Source: a virus
DNA length: 27,147 nucleotides
Reading direction: 5' to 3' (one strand)
UHGV virus genome: UHGV-1347488
Below are positions 9,537-18,115 of this stretch, one piece after another. A program made the position numbers and the translations under genes. The notes beneath the pieces are model-generated. The model was given only the letters and a program-made list of their open reading frames with translations, searched no databases and was not told where the DNA came from. Within the stretch, counting starts at the first letter, position 1, and every line of letters begins with the position of its first letter.

Positions 9537-9929
9537 TCATGTACGGCACCTCTTCACGGAGGTGCTTTTTAATTTATCCTGATTCTGTAATTCCTTATAA
9601 CCAGCATTAATGCTTTTTTCGCCTGACAATACTTCCTTTTTTAATTTTTCATTATCCGAATCAAGAATTTTTTTGCCCTTTGAATATGTATCAGTAGATA
9701 CACCCGCTGTTTGAGCTAATTTTTTGGTTGTATTAACGGGTGAAAACGCTTTTTCAGAATTCTGAAAACCCGTTATTTTGTATTCATCAGATTTTTTATC
9801 ACCACCACCAAGAGATTGATTTTCTTTCGCCTGTTTCTCATAAATTGGTCTATATTTTTCAGCAACAGCGATTCTCTGGACGGGAGATAGATTACGTCTG
9901 CCAAGCTGGATATCAAGCATCCACTCCAT
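9537..9929 (-). CDS. ParB/KorB-like HTH DNA-binding protein (putative)
   Basis: 130-aa ORF; pattern LGRRNLSPVQRIAVAEKY…EKQAKENQ…GGGDKKS…TAGVSTDT resembles the HTH region of ParB-family proteins; ATG with RBS AAAGAGGAAG; in-frame TAA 37 codons upstream. Confidence 0.45.
   Translation of the reverse strand: MEWMLDIQLGRRNLSPVQRIAVAEKYRPIYEKQAKENQSLGGGDKKSDEYKITGFQNSEKAFSPVNTTKKLAQTAGVSTDTYSKGKKILDSDNEKLKKEVLSGEKSINAGYKELQNQDKLKSTSVKRCRT
9546..9570 (+). terminator. Intrinsic terminator (GCACCTC / loop TTCACG / GAGGTGC + TTTTT)
   Basis: Perfect 7-bp GC-rich stem plus T5 directly after the stop of the 68-aa gene; it overlaps the last codons of the convergent 9537..9929 gene. Confidence 0.6.
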
Positions 9930-9995
9930 AACTTCCTCTTTTGTTTCGTAGGCGAGAGTGCCAACTACATAGTCGATGTTGTGGAATAAACCACT

Positions 9996-10013
9996 TTTGG
10001 TAAATTTACCAAA
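9996..10013. promoter_or_regulatory. Perfect 18-bp palindrome TTTGGTAAATTTACCAAA (candidate operator or centromere-like site)
   Basis: About 70 bp upstream of the ParB-HTH-like gene; related copies at 10177..10190 (TTGGTAAATTTACT), 13021..13030 and 13053..13070 (TTTACC-N6-GGTAAA). Confidence 0.4.
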
Positions 10014-10201
10014 TATGGATTTGCCAGGTTCAAATGAACCTTACGCCCTGTATTACCGTTCTGCTAAAATTGGTGGAACGGATTCTATATTGTTCAGCTT
10101 AGACCAAATTTGGCACAAGCTGATTATATATTGTTGGACTTCCGCCAAAGTTGGTGTAAGTCCACTTTTTGCTCTGTTGGTAAATTTACTAATGAACCAT
10201 A

Positions 10202-10858
10202 TCATTCATCCTTTTCTACAAACTCCCATCCCTCCGGTAAGGTTCCGGCAGCAGATGTATCTTCTTCACGATATAAGACCTCATCCAAATACTGCTCGAC
10301 CATGCTCTTGCCTGTCTGCTCTCTGTACATGGCACTGATGATGGATGTATAGTGAACGGTAAACTCACCCAGGTCATCATTATGATAATCCCAGAGGAAT
10401 TTATATACATTATCTGCTCCGATTGGTTGTTTCCAGTCATACTTTTGTAAATCAGCCATCGTTGAAAAATAATCTTTGCAGCACCATTTTGGGCCGTCAT
10501 AATTCTTCGTGATTGGAAAAATCTGAACCAGATTCTCTAAAGTCAGCGCACCTAAATACTGCAAGGCCATCTGGATCCGGTCATAGACTTCTTGCGTTTT
10601 CTCAGCTACATAATCATCATCTTCACATGACAGATTGATAAACTGTACTGCTGCGTATGCCGCCTTTTTAAGTATATCCTGTGGAACATTCGTTTCTAAG
10701 ACAGACGCATCATCACCATATTTATCAATGATTTCTTGCAGCACCGATGAGAACTGTCTGCCCCACATCTGCTGCCATTTCAGGCCCCGAATATGACACT
10801 CTCGCTGCTCAATCTGTCTCAGAAGTTCATTCTGCTCCTTGTTATCAATGATTTCCAT
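10202..10858 (-). CDS. Hypothetical protein (218 aa), last gene of the ClpX operon
   Basis: ATG with RBS GAGGGGAG starting right after the ClpX stop codon; no recognisable motif. Confidence 0.7.
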   Translation of the reverse strand: MEIIDNKEQNELLRQIEQRECHIRGLKWQQMWGRQFSSVLQEIIDKYGDDASVLETNVPQDILKKAAYAAVQFINLSCEDDDYVAEKTQEVYDRIQMALQYLGALTLENLVQIFPITKNYDGPKWCCKDYFSTMADLQKYDWKQPIGADNVYKFLWDYHNDDLGEFTVHYTSIISAMYREQTGKSMVEQYLDEVLYREEDTSAAGTLPEGWEFVEKDE

Positions 10859-10877
10859 GCTATCACTCCCCTCTCTC

Positions 10878-12098
10878 TTACGCCAACTGTTTTCCTCTAG
10901 CGGAATAAACTTCTGCCCCGGTCAGACCATCAACACACTGTTCAGTGATAAGCACCCTCTTTGCACCCTTCAAGTCTGGCACAGAAAACATAACATCTTG
11001 CATGGCTGACTCAATGATGCTGCGCAGACCTCTTGCACCAGATTTTTGCTTAATTGCTTTTTCCGCAATTTTCCTTAAAGCTTCGTCTGAAAACTCCAGA
11101 TTGACCTTATCCAACTTCATCAGTTCGGCATACTGTTTGGTCAGTGCATTCTTCGGTTCTGTAAGGATACGAAGCAAAGCATCTTCATCAAGTGGCATTA
11201 AGGTTGCCAACACCGGAATACGCCCCATTAACTCAGGAATTAGTCCGTAGTGGACTAAATCGGCATCAGTTATTTTGCTGAAATCGAAACTATCTGAAGG
11301 TGATGTGTTCACTGAATTGAACCCGATGGAATTACCAGAAGATTCCTGACCTACGATTTTCTCAATCCCATCAAATGCCCCACCAACGATAAATAGAATG
11401 TTGGAAGTATCCATACGCACTGTAGCCGCATTTGGGTGTTTGCGTCCGCCGCTTAGCGGTACATCAGCTATGGTTCCCTCCAGAATCTTTAAGAGTGCCT
11501 GTTGTACTCCTTCACCGGAAACATCACGAGTGATAGAAGTGTTCTCGCCTTTTCTGGAAAGCTTATCAATCTCGTCAACGTAAACGATCCCCCGCTGTGC
11601 CAGGTCAAGATCGTGATTGGCGGCATCATATAAGCGGAGTAGGACATTCTCGACATCCTCGCCAACATAACCAGATTCGGTCAGACAAGTGGCATCAGAC
11701 ATAGCAAAGGGAACGCCTAAGAATTTTGCCAGTGATTGAACCAGATATGTCTTACCGCTTCCTGTTGGCCCTACAAGCATGATGTTTGACTTCTGGATTT
11801 CTACACAGGATTTTGATTTCTGTGAGATGCGCTTGTAATGATTGTAAACCGCCACAGACAGAATCTTCTTTGCATCGTTCTGGCCGATGACATACTCGTC
11901 AAGATGCTTCTTAATCTGACTAGGAGTTGCCAACTTGAAGCTGTTTGATTTTGCGGATTCTTCCTTGTCCTGAAATGCTTCTTCTGCTTGCATAGAACAC
12001 TCACGGCAGAGACAGCCATATTTACCCTTGATGAGATAGTCAACCTGAGACTCGTCCTTGCCGCACATAAAACAGTAGTTAATGCGTTTTGTTGCCAT
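10878..12098 (-). CDS. clpX: ATP-dependent Clp protease ATP-binding subunit ClpX (phage-borne)
   Basis: N-terminal C4 zinc-binding domain (CFMCGK…CLCRECS), Walker [17 protein letters not shown] motif, Walker B VYVDEIDK, sensor and arginine-finger region (SGARGLR); ATG with RBS AAAGGAGAG. Confidence 0.9.
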   Translation of the reverse strand: MATKRINYCFMCGKDESQVDYLIKGKYGCLCRECSMQAEEAFQDKEESAKSNSFKLATPSQIKKHLDEYVIGQNDAKKILSVAVYNHYKRISQKSKSCVEIQKSNIMLVGPTGSGKTYLVQSLAKFLGVPFAMSDATCLTESGYVGEDVENVLLRLYDAANHDLDLAQRGIVYVDEIDKLSRKGENTSITRDVSGEGVQQALLKILEGTIADVPLSGGRKHPNAATVRMDTSNILFIVGGAFDGIEKIVGQESSGNSIGFNSVNTSPSDSFDFSKITDADLVHYGLIPELMGRIPVLATLMPLDEDALLRILTEPKNALTKQYAELMKLDKVNLEFSDEALRKIAEKAIKQKSGARGLRSIIESAMQDVMFSVPDLKGAKRVLITEQCVDGLTGAEVYSARGKQLA

Positions 12099-12118
12099 AT
12101 ATGTAACTCTCCTTTGCT

Positions 12119-12934
12119 CTAGTACATGTCAAAATACATCTTCTGTTTGTTCTTGAATGTTAATGTATATTTTCTAATGGAAGTAACCCAGTCTGCCTTA
12201 GACATTTCAATAGATGATATTTGCTTTTCAAATACTTCAATAAAGCATTCAACCTTATTATCACTGTCTTCCCATCCATGCTTAAATGCAATTTTGTTAG
12301 AATAAAAACGAATTGGTTTTGTATCAAACACTAAATCCTGTTTGATTCTGATATTATGATCAAAGTATGTAACCGTGATATTCGGACGGTACATATCCTG
12401 ATTGTTCTTTAACCGCTTAACAAATTCATCCCACCATGTCGTACCGCATTGTTCCATTCTTTGAATATAAGCAAAAAATTTTCCAATAATTACATTGATA
12501 TTTTCATCCAAACATTTTTTATATGCATCTGGATAGTCTCTGGCATAAATTTCATTATTGCTCATACCACTGTAACTAATTTTTCTGCTCTTATGGAGCA
12601 TATCCTTAATCAACTTATATAAATTATCATATAGCTCTTTTGTGAGAAGTCCGGTCTTTGATGCACATTCAATTAACAACTTTTTGACTTCACTATTTTT
12701 CACCATTTTTGCAATTTCATCATTATTCAATGTACAGAACTGATACGTCTTTCCACTATATAAATATCCACATTTAGGATACAACTCTCCTTCTCGATAA
12801 TAAAAATCCATTGGTATATAATTTCGACAACCGATGCGGCTCTCTCTGTCATGGTCATGGTATTTCTGACACACGCCATATAATCTATTTAATTTACACA
12901 TATCACACAATTCTTTTTCTACTAATAAAAACAT
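12119..12934 (-). CDS. Hypothetical Cys-rich protein (271 aa), first gene of the ClpX operon
   Basis: ATG with RBS AAGGAGAAAGG; N-terminal Cys/His cluster (CDMCK…CQKYHDHD…C); stop 21 nt before the ClpX start. Confidence 0.7.
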   Translation of the reverse strand: MFLLVEKELCDMCKLNRLYGVCQKYHDHDRESRIGCRNYIPMDFYYREGELYPKCGYLYSGKTYQFCTLNNDEIAKMVKNSEVKKLLIECASKTGLLTKELYDNLYKLIKDMLHKSRKISYSGMSNNEIYARDYPDAYKKCLDENINVIIGKFFAYIQRMEQCGTTWWDEFVKRLKNNQDMYRPNITVTYFDHNIRIKQDLVFDTKPIRFYSNKIAFKHGWEDSDNKVECFIEVFEKQISSIEMSKADWVTSIRKYTLTFKNKQKMYFDMY

Positions 12935-13940
12935 AATGCCTTTCTCCTTTATTTTGATATATGTATATAGAAGATTCTCTATCTGGAATCTTGTTTTATC
13001 GTGATGATGAAGGTTACGGCAAATTTACCAGAACCTTTGTATGGGGATCGGGTTTACCAAATTCGGTAAAGTTGGTTTATCATGCTCCAATTATGGATAA
13101 TATTATGTAAACAAAATAGACATATCCAGAAATGGACATTAATCTTCGATATCTATTTTTGCTATTTGTCCGCATATTTCCCATCTGTCCGTATATCCAC
13201 CATCGGGAACAGAACATTAAGAAACACCTGTATTTCCTAGCGTTTCTCATCGTACCAACTAGAAACTGAATCATCTGCCAACGCCAGACTAGCACTCTGA
13301 GCCAAAACAGTCTTAATGTCTTTAATTCCCAGTATTTATATAGGATTTAAGCATTTCCAAGTAAATTCAGGCTTATCGGTAGTGACATCGCAAAAAGGAA
13401 GTAAATCCTTACCTTTTCAGCATTGGTATCCCATAAATTGAACATCTAAAAATTCAAAAATTTTATACTTTTGACCGTAAAACCCTTGTAATCCTTACAT
13501 TTTTACGATACCGATTTTCTTTCCGAAGTCTCCATGATTTTTCACATTTTTGCGATAAACCTATCCGGCACGATTTCTGGCCCAGTTATTCCAACGCTCA
13601 CACTTAGCTTCTGCTTTCTCCTGTGTATTAAATACACACCGTCTACGGATACCAACACAAGAATCAGTATCAGATACATGAATCTTTACTCTTAGATTCT
13701 CCTTGCCTAGATCAGATACAACAATTCCAGTCTGCACCTTCCAGATGCGTCGATTCTTCCGTTTAACCAGAAACCTTTGAATGAACCACACCTGCTGTCC
13801 CTCTGTAAATACCAACTGAATCACTCTCCTTTTGATTTGGACATTTTGTTTATGTCTAAATTTGCACGATAGCTCACCCAAATGAGCCTTATTTTACTGG
13901 ACTTTAGACACATTCTATAGGGAAAAATGGGACCATGGAA

Positions 13941-14305
13941 TTTGCATTATCCAAAGTCCTACAAAGCTAGTAAATAAGCCATTTTTACGATTATATATAC
14001 GCAAAATTCATACCTATCATTTTGCATTATTCCGTTCATTTCATACATTGTTCACTCATTGAATTTTTAAAATTCTTATTGCTTTGCCATCGAAAATGTG
14101 CTAAAATAAGTTCAACTAAAAAGATTATGCAAATGATTTTTTAAGTTATTTTTTTGCATTATAGAAAGTCGAGAAACCCTTGATTTTACTAGCTTTTAGA
14201 CACAATTAACATGCAAAATTCATACCATGGATTTGCATTATAGAAAGTCGGAAATCCCTTGTAATTACTGGGTTTTGGTGACAATTAACATGCAAAATTC
14301 ATACC
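13941..14305. repeat. Array of about 74-bp direct repeats with 5-bp spacers (period about 79 bp); candidate origin or iteron/promoter array
   Basis: Units 13941..14014, 14153..14226 and 14232..14305 each start TTTGCATTAT and end (A/C)GCAAAATTCATACC; spacers ATGGA/TATCA; a diverged longer unit at 14020..14152 and a partial unit at about 13900..13940. The last two units are about 85% identical. Confidence 0.7.
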
Positions 14306-14342
14306 TATGTATAGAATGTATTATATACCGATAGGTATACGT

Positions 14343-16250
14343 CTAAGCCATTAGCTTAATGGTAATATCAATATCATCTTTACTCTTATCAATTCCAACC
14401 ACTTTATCAGTATTAGGATTATCAACAATCACACCACCATCATTACAAGTATTATCATTATACTTATTAGTGTGTTTTTGCGAGTAAATATTATACCAAT
14501 TTCCTTTATCACTTCTATTCTGTATCACATCAATACACTGCGCAGATTGCAGGTTCTTAATTGCTTCAATAATGTTCGGTTTTCCGAAATGAAGAATCCT
14601 ATCCATTTCCTCAATCGTACATGCACGACCATTTCTGATGTTGTTTACGATACACAGAAATACCTTAAATTCATTCTGTGTAATCTGCTTCGCAATGAAC
14701 GCTCTTGCCGCACTGTAGTAAAACTCAATATACTTATCATTAAAGTCTTTCAATCCTCTTTTGATTTTAATTTTCGTCAAATCAAAGGAATTTTTTGACT
14801 TGTTTTCCGGCTCTACTAATTCAATACAATGATGCGCTACCAAGCGTTCTAAAGTATCTTTAAATGTTCTTATATCCATGCAAAGTTGCCATTTCCCATG
14901 TATTTTGTACTGCATTTTCATCTTCAAATTTCTAATTGTAAACGGTGTTTTAGAACCGCTCTTGATGTATTTATAAAGGATCGTCATAATCAGATATTCA
15001 AATCCGCTCATGCTGATGTCCTTGTCATTTCTCAGCCGATTATCCGTCAACAGCTTCTGTGACATCTTCACGCCAATATCTTCCTGAATGGAAATAACTT
15101 TCTTCTGAACAGCTTGCATACAATGGAGTTTGTCGCACTGCGCCTGTACCATCTTTTTCACACGTTCATCCGGTATCTGCTCCCAACAACCATTTAAACG
15201 GTAAATGTTTTCATGATCCAGATATGCGTCAATATCTTTCTTTACCTCATTTGAATTCTTCGGTGGTCTACACCTGGTATTCCAGTCAAGACAGATTTCA
15301 CGAACTTTTGATTCTGTGTATCCGTCATATCTCAGCATGGAAACAATACGGCCTAACCAAGTATTGCGCTCACCCTCGTCTGCTCCCTCACGAAGAACTT
15401 TTTCAGTACATAAACACGGATATGTTTTCAGATTAAGGCCATCACCGGAATAATCCCATTTTTCCAACGGTTTGCTTTCTAGTTGGAACTGTTCTTTTTT
15501 CAGTTCGTTTTCTACTCTTCTTCTGATAAATGCGGTGTCCATAGGGTGATAACCTGCCACTTGATTATCATGCTTCTTGTAATGGTCAACTTCCTTTACA
15601 AGCGGAAACTTGCCGTTTTCATCTGGATGTTTGCGGTTATAGGTGCATGGGATTCTGGCTACCTGTGTCACCTTGCAAGCGTTTGTATCTGCTCCTACTA
15701 TCTGGCAAATCATCTTGTTCAGTTCTGATAAATCTCTGACCTTACAAGTCGGTTTCACAATCACATAGAAGTGGTATCCATGTCCAGAATCATACACTGC
15801 ATGGACAAATAAATCTGGTAATTTATCCCTAATCAGCTGCCGAAATTCTTCTACACTGTGGAGATTTTCATGGTCTTTTTTATCGAAATCAATGAATAAA
15901 ACCCTCTGCTGTCTCATATTGGCTTCACGCCTATGTAATTCATTTTTGCGGTCATATTTTACTGTTGCAAGTGCATTATAAATATGATAATTGTGTCTGT
16001 ACTTCATGATACACTCAACGTACTGGTCAAAATTTTTTACATAGCGGTGGAACTTAATCTCGTTTCCATCTTTATCTAATGCCGGATTACCCTGTTCATC
16101 CGTTTTTGCAATGAACAAACAAATAAATTCTTTTTCTTCCAGTTTGGAAGGGTATAACATCTCATAGTATCTTTTTAAATGATTGCTAATAGTAGTACCT
16201 TCTTTCTTACCATTCTGTCGGTAGTAAAATTGTTGTTCTTGTGTCCTCAT
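14343..16250 (-). CDS. Archaeo-eukaryotic-type primase-polymerase (PrimPol-like replication protein)
   Basis: 635-aa ORF with AEP motifs in order: VLFIDFDKKD (DxD), DSGHGYHFYV (sxH) and ARIPCTYNRK (R-x-P-G/C-x-N); large C-terminal domain. The start has a weak RBS and is overlapped by the upstream ORF. Confidence 0.65.
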   Translation of the reverse strand: MRTQEQQFYYRQNGKKEGTTISNHLKRYYEMLYPSKLEEKEFICLFIAKTDEQGNPALDKDGNEIKFHRYVKNFDQYVECIMKYRHNYHIYNALATVKYDRKNELHRREANMRQQRVLFIDFDKKDHENLHSVEEFRQLIRDKLPDLFVHAVYDSGHGYHFYVIVKPTCKVRDLSELNKMICQIVGADTNACKVTQVARIPCTYNRKHPDENGKFPLVKEVDHYKKHDNQVAGYHPMDTAFIRRRVENELKKEQFQLESKPLEKWDYSGDGLNLKTYPCLCTEKVLREGADEGERNTWLGRIVSMLRYDGYTESKVREICLDWNTRCRPPKNSNEVKKDIDAYLDHENIYRLNGCWEQIPDERVKKMVQAQCDKLHCMQAVQKKVISIQEDIGVKMSQKLLTDNRLRNDKDISMSGFEYLIMTILYKYIKSGSKTPFTIRNLKMKMQYKIHGKWQLCMDIRTFKDTLERLVAHHCIELVEPENKSKNSFDLTKIKIKRGLKDFNDKYIEFYYSAARAFIAKQITQNEFKVFLCIVNNIRNGRACTIEEMDRILHFGKPNIIEAIKNLQSAQCIDVIQNRSDKGNWYNIYSQKHTNKYNDNTCNDGGVIVDNPNTDKVVGIDKSKDDIDITIKLMA

Positions 16251-16587
16251 TCATATTGGTGCAAATCCAAATTTCTGTACCATTGACAGCATAGGAACCC
16301 ATGATATCCCCATAGCCAGATTTAATAGTTGCTTCATTGATATAAGCATCCTTTTTACAACCGCCCCAATCACAATTAAGGTAACGCCGGAATGCTTTGC
16401 TTAACTCTGGCGAATTCATGTTTAATCCTAATGCTTCAACGCCAGGCGTAATATGAATGCTTCCTGTATAGAACTTTTTTCCATTTTTCTTTGCAGCATT
16501 TAGATTATGCTTTCTTACCGCTTCTGTCTGTGTTTTGAATATTGCTCGAAGCTCTGCCAACTCAATACTTGCTGAATCCATTGCCAT
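16207..16587 (-). CDS. Hypothetical protein (126 aa from the RBS-supported ATG; ORF track shows a longer frame to 16701)
   Basis: ATG (MAMDSAS…) preceded by TTGGAGGGAAG at 7 nt; 3' end overlaps the primase start by 44 nt in another frame. Confidence 0.5.
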   Translation of the reverse strand: MAMDSASIELAELRAIFKTQTEAVRKHNLNAAKKNGKKFYTGSIHITPGVEALGLNMNSPELSKAFRRYLNCDWGGCKKDAYINEATIKSGYGDIMGSYAVNGTEIWICTNMNEDTRTTILLPTEW

Positions 16588-16796
16588 TGCTCTTCCCTCC
16601 AATATTAATAGTGTAGGCGCACCGCCCCTGAATGCAATGCGCCCTGTCTGTCCGTCAATATGTGTGCCAGTATCTTCACTGGAAAAAAGGAGATAAATCA
16701 TATGGCATTTCGTTTGTTGGGGCCAGCCTCATCACTGGTAAATGGTCTGTCCGTCTTTTGGAATTATCAGCTTCGATAATATAGGATTCTCCACTT

Positions 16797-17126
16797 CTAC
16801 GCTTCGATTTTCTTTAAACTATCCAGGCATTCCGGATTCTCAATCTGGCCCTCGACACGGATACAGAAATCAAAGAAACTGCTCATGCGTCCGATGCTAA
16901 ACTCAATGCCTGTCTTGGTTGGCTCATACATCACATCTAGGCCGTCCGCAAGGATACCGGATTCCATATAAAACTCCAAATCCTCTATGAACTTGTCCGG
17001 CGTGATCCGCTGTTGTGGTGTCTGGAAGTCTTTGTTCTGTGCCGTGACTGATGTTACCACGATGACCTTATCTTTGATTGCCTGTAAAAGCTGTTTTCCG
17101 GAAGATCTGATTCCGCTCTTACTCAT
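16797..17126 (-). CDS. Hypothetical protein (109 aa from the RBS-supported start)
   Basis: ATG (MSKSGIRSS…) preceded by AAGAAGGGG at 7 nt; the ORF track extends to 17180 but that start has no RBS. Confidence 0.55.
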   Translation of the reverse strand: MSKSGIRSSGKQLLQAIKDKVIVVTSVTAQNKDFQTPQQRITPDKFIEDLEFYMESGILADGLDVMYEPTKTGIEFSIGRMSSFFDFCIRVEGQIENPECLDSLKKIEA

Positions 17127-17198
17127 AACGCTGCCCCTTCTTATAGAAGCCTGCCGCCGTGCAAGCTCCCATATATACATTCTTCTTTCTGTGTTGGC

Positions 17199-17567
17199 TT
17201 ACTGTGCAAAATAATCTGCCAGTTCTTCCAGACTCATAGGAGTCTCGCCCGCCTGTAACACACTGCTGCTATCTGCAATCAGCCAGCCGGAAGTACCCAA
17301 CACATGCTCTTTTGCTGGCACAAGGTGTAATCCGCTCTTCTTGGCTTTTTCCTCCATCTGTCCCAATGTCAGAATTGGATTCACCTTTACTGCTCTACTT
17401 CCTCTTTCTGAGTTCTCAGCTTCAAAATCTACAATGTCATCATCATCTAAGGTGCGGAATCCCTGCATCTGAATATCGGTCTGATGCACGAAATAATCCT
17501 TGTGGTTATCACCAGTGATGAATCCCCATCCTTTAGTCTTGTCGAATAATTTAACTGTTCCTCTCAT
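17199..17567 (-). CDS. Cold-shock domain protein (CspA-like N-terminal domain with about 55-aa C-terminal extension)
   Basis: MRGTVKLFDKTKGWGFITGD…DYFVHQTDIQ matches the RNP1 (KGFGFI) and RNP2 (VFVHF) motifs of cold-shock proteins; RBS AAAGGAGA 8 nt upstream; about 260-bp untranslated region upstream. Confidence 0.75.
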   Translation of the reverse strand: MRGTVKLFDKTKGWGFITGDNHKDYFVHQTDIQMQGFRTLDDDDIVDFEAENSERGSRAVKVNPILTLGQMEEKAKKSGLHLVPAKEHVLGTSGWLIADSSSVLQAGETPMSLEELADYFAQ

Positions 17568-17830
17568 GATGCTTGTCTCCTTTTTTATAATTTTTTACAT
17601 ACCAGATTCTGTGAACTACATCGGCAATTGAATTACCGAGCATCTGATTACGAAGCATAGCTCCGTAGCTTCAGAGGTGCGTCCATGACACCCGTACTGC
17701 TACCCAGATGGGTTACACAGCTACTTTTATTGTTTTTGTACTACTCAGCCCAGTTACGGCATGATACTTTCTCAAATTGAATAACCGAGGATTTCCACTT
17801 GTTATCAATTTCTTCTGCCACTTCTGGAAA

Positions 17831-18052
17831 TTAAGACATCTTTACAAATTTGTATCCAGTGACTTTGATAGCCCTAGGACTATTTTTTCTGCTGATTAAC
17901 CCTAATTTTTCCAGTTGATTTAGTTTCTTAAAAACTATAGATACGCAGCATTCCGCTTCTTCTGCGATCTCTCTGACTGTTGGTGGATAACCGTTTTCTT
18001 CCAGGTAATCACAGATGAATTTATAAATAAATTCACCCTTATCTGTTATCAT
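17831..18052 (-). CDS. LexA-N-terminal-domain-like winged-HTH protein (73 aa, no peptidase domain)
   Basis: FIYKFICDYLEENGYPPTVREIAEE…VFKKLNQLEKLGLISRK…RAIKV parallels the LexA DNA-binding domain (…G.PPT.REIA…HL.ALE.KG.I…R.I.L); RBS AGAAGGAG. Confidence 0.6.
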   Translation of the reverse strand: MITDKGEFIYKFICDYLEENGYPPTVREIAEEAECCVSIVFKKLNQLEKLGLISRKNSPRAIKVTGYKFVKMS

Positions 18053-18115
18053 GCGTGGCTCCTTCTTGTTTCAATTTTGATGGGTGCCGTTTTCACAGCA
18101 CCCTTGCATTTATAA

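Noticed and set aside
10021-10034. tRNA-like T-arm (GGTTCAAATGAACC)
   Set aside because: The loop is 4 nt rather than the 7-nt T-loop, and no acceptor or anticodon arms can be drawn around it.
13080-13295. 71-aa minus-strand ORF in the intergenic region
   Set aside because: Trp- and Arg-rich low-complexity translation, no RBS, and it lies in a repeat- and promoter-rich non-coding stretch.
13941-14305. Possible CRISPR array
   Set aside because: Units are about 74 bp with conserved ends and diverged middles, not short identical repeats separated by unique spacers; no cas genes nearby.
14301-14341. Inverted repeat ATACCTAT…ATAGGTAT as terminator of the primase gene
   Set aside because: The 22-nt loop and lack of a T-tract make an intrinsic terminator unlikely; more likely part of the repeat array.
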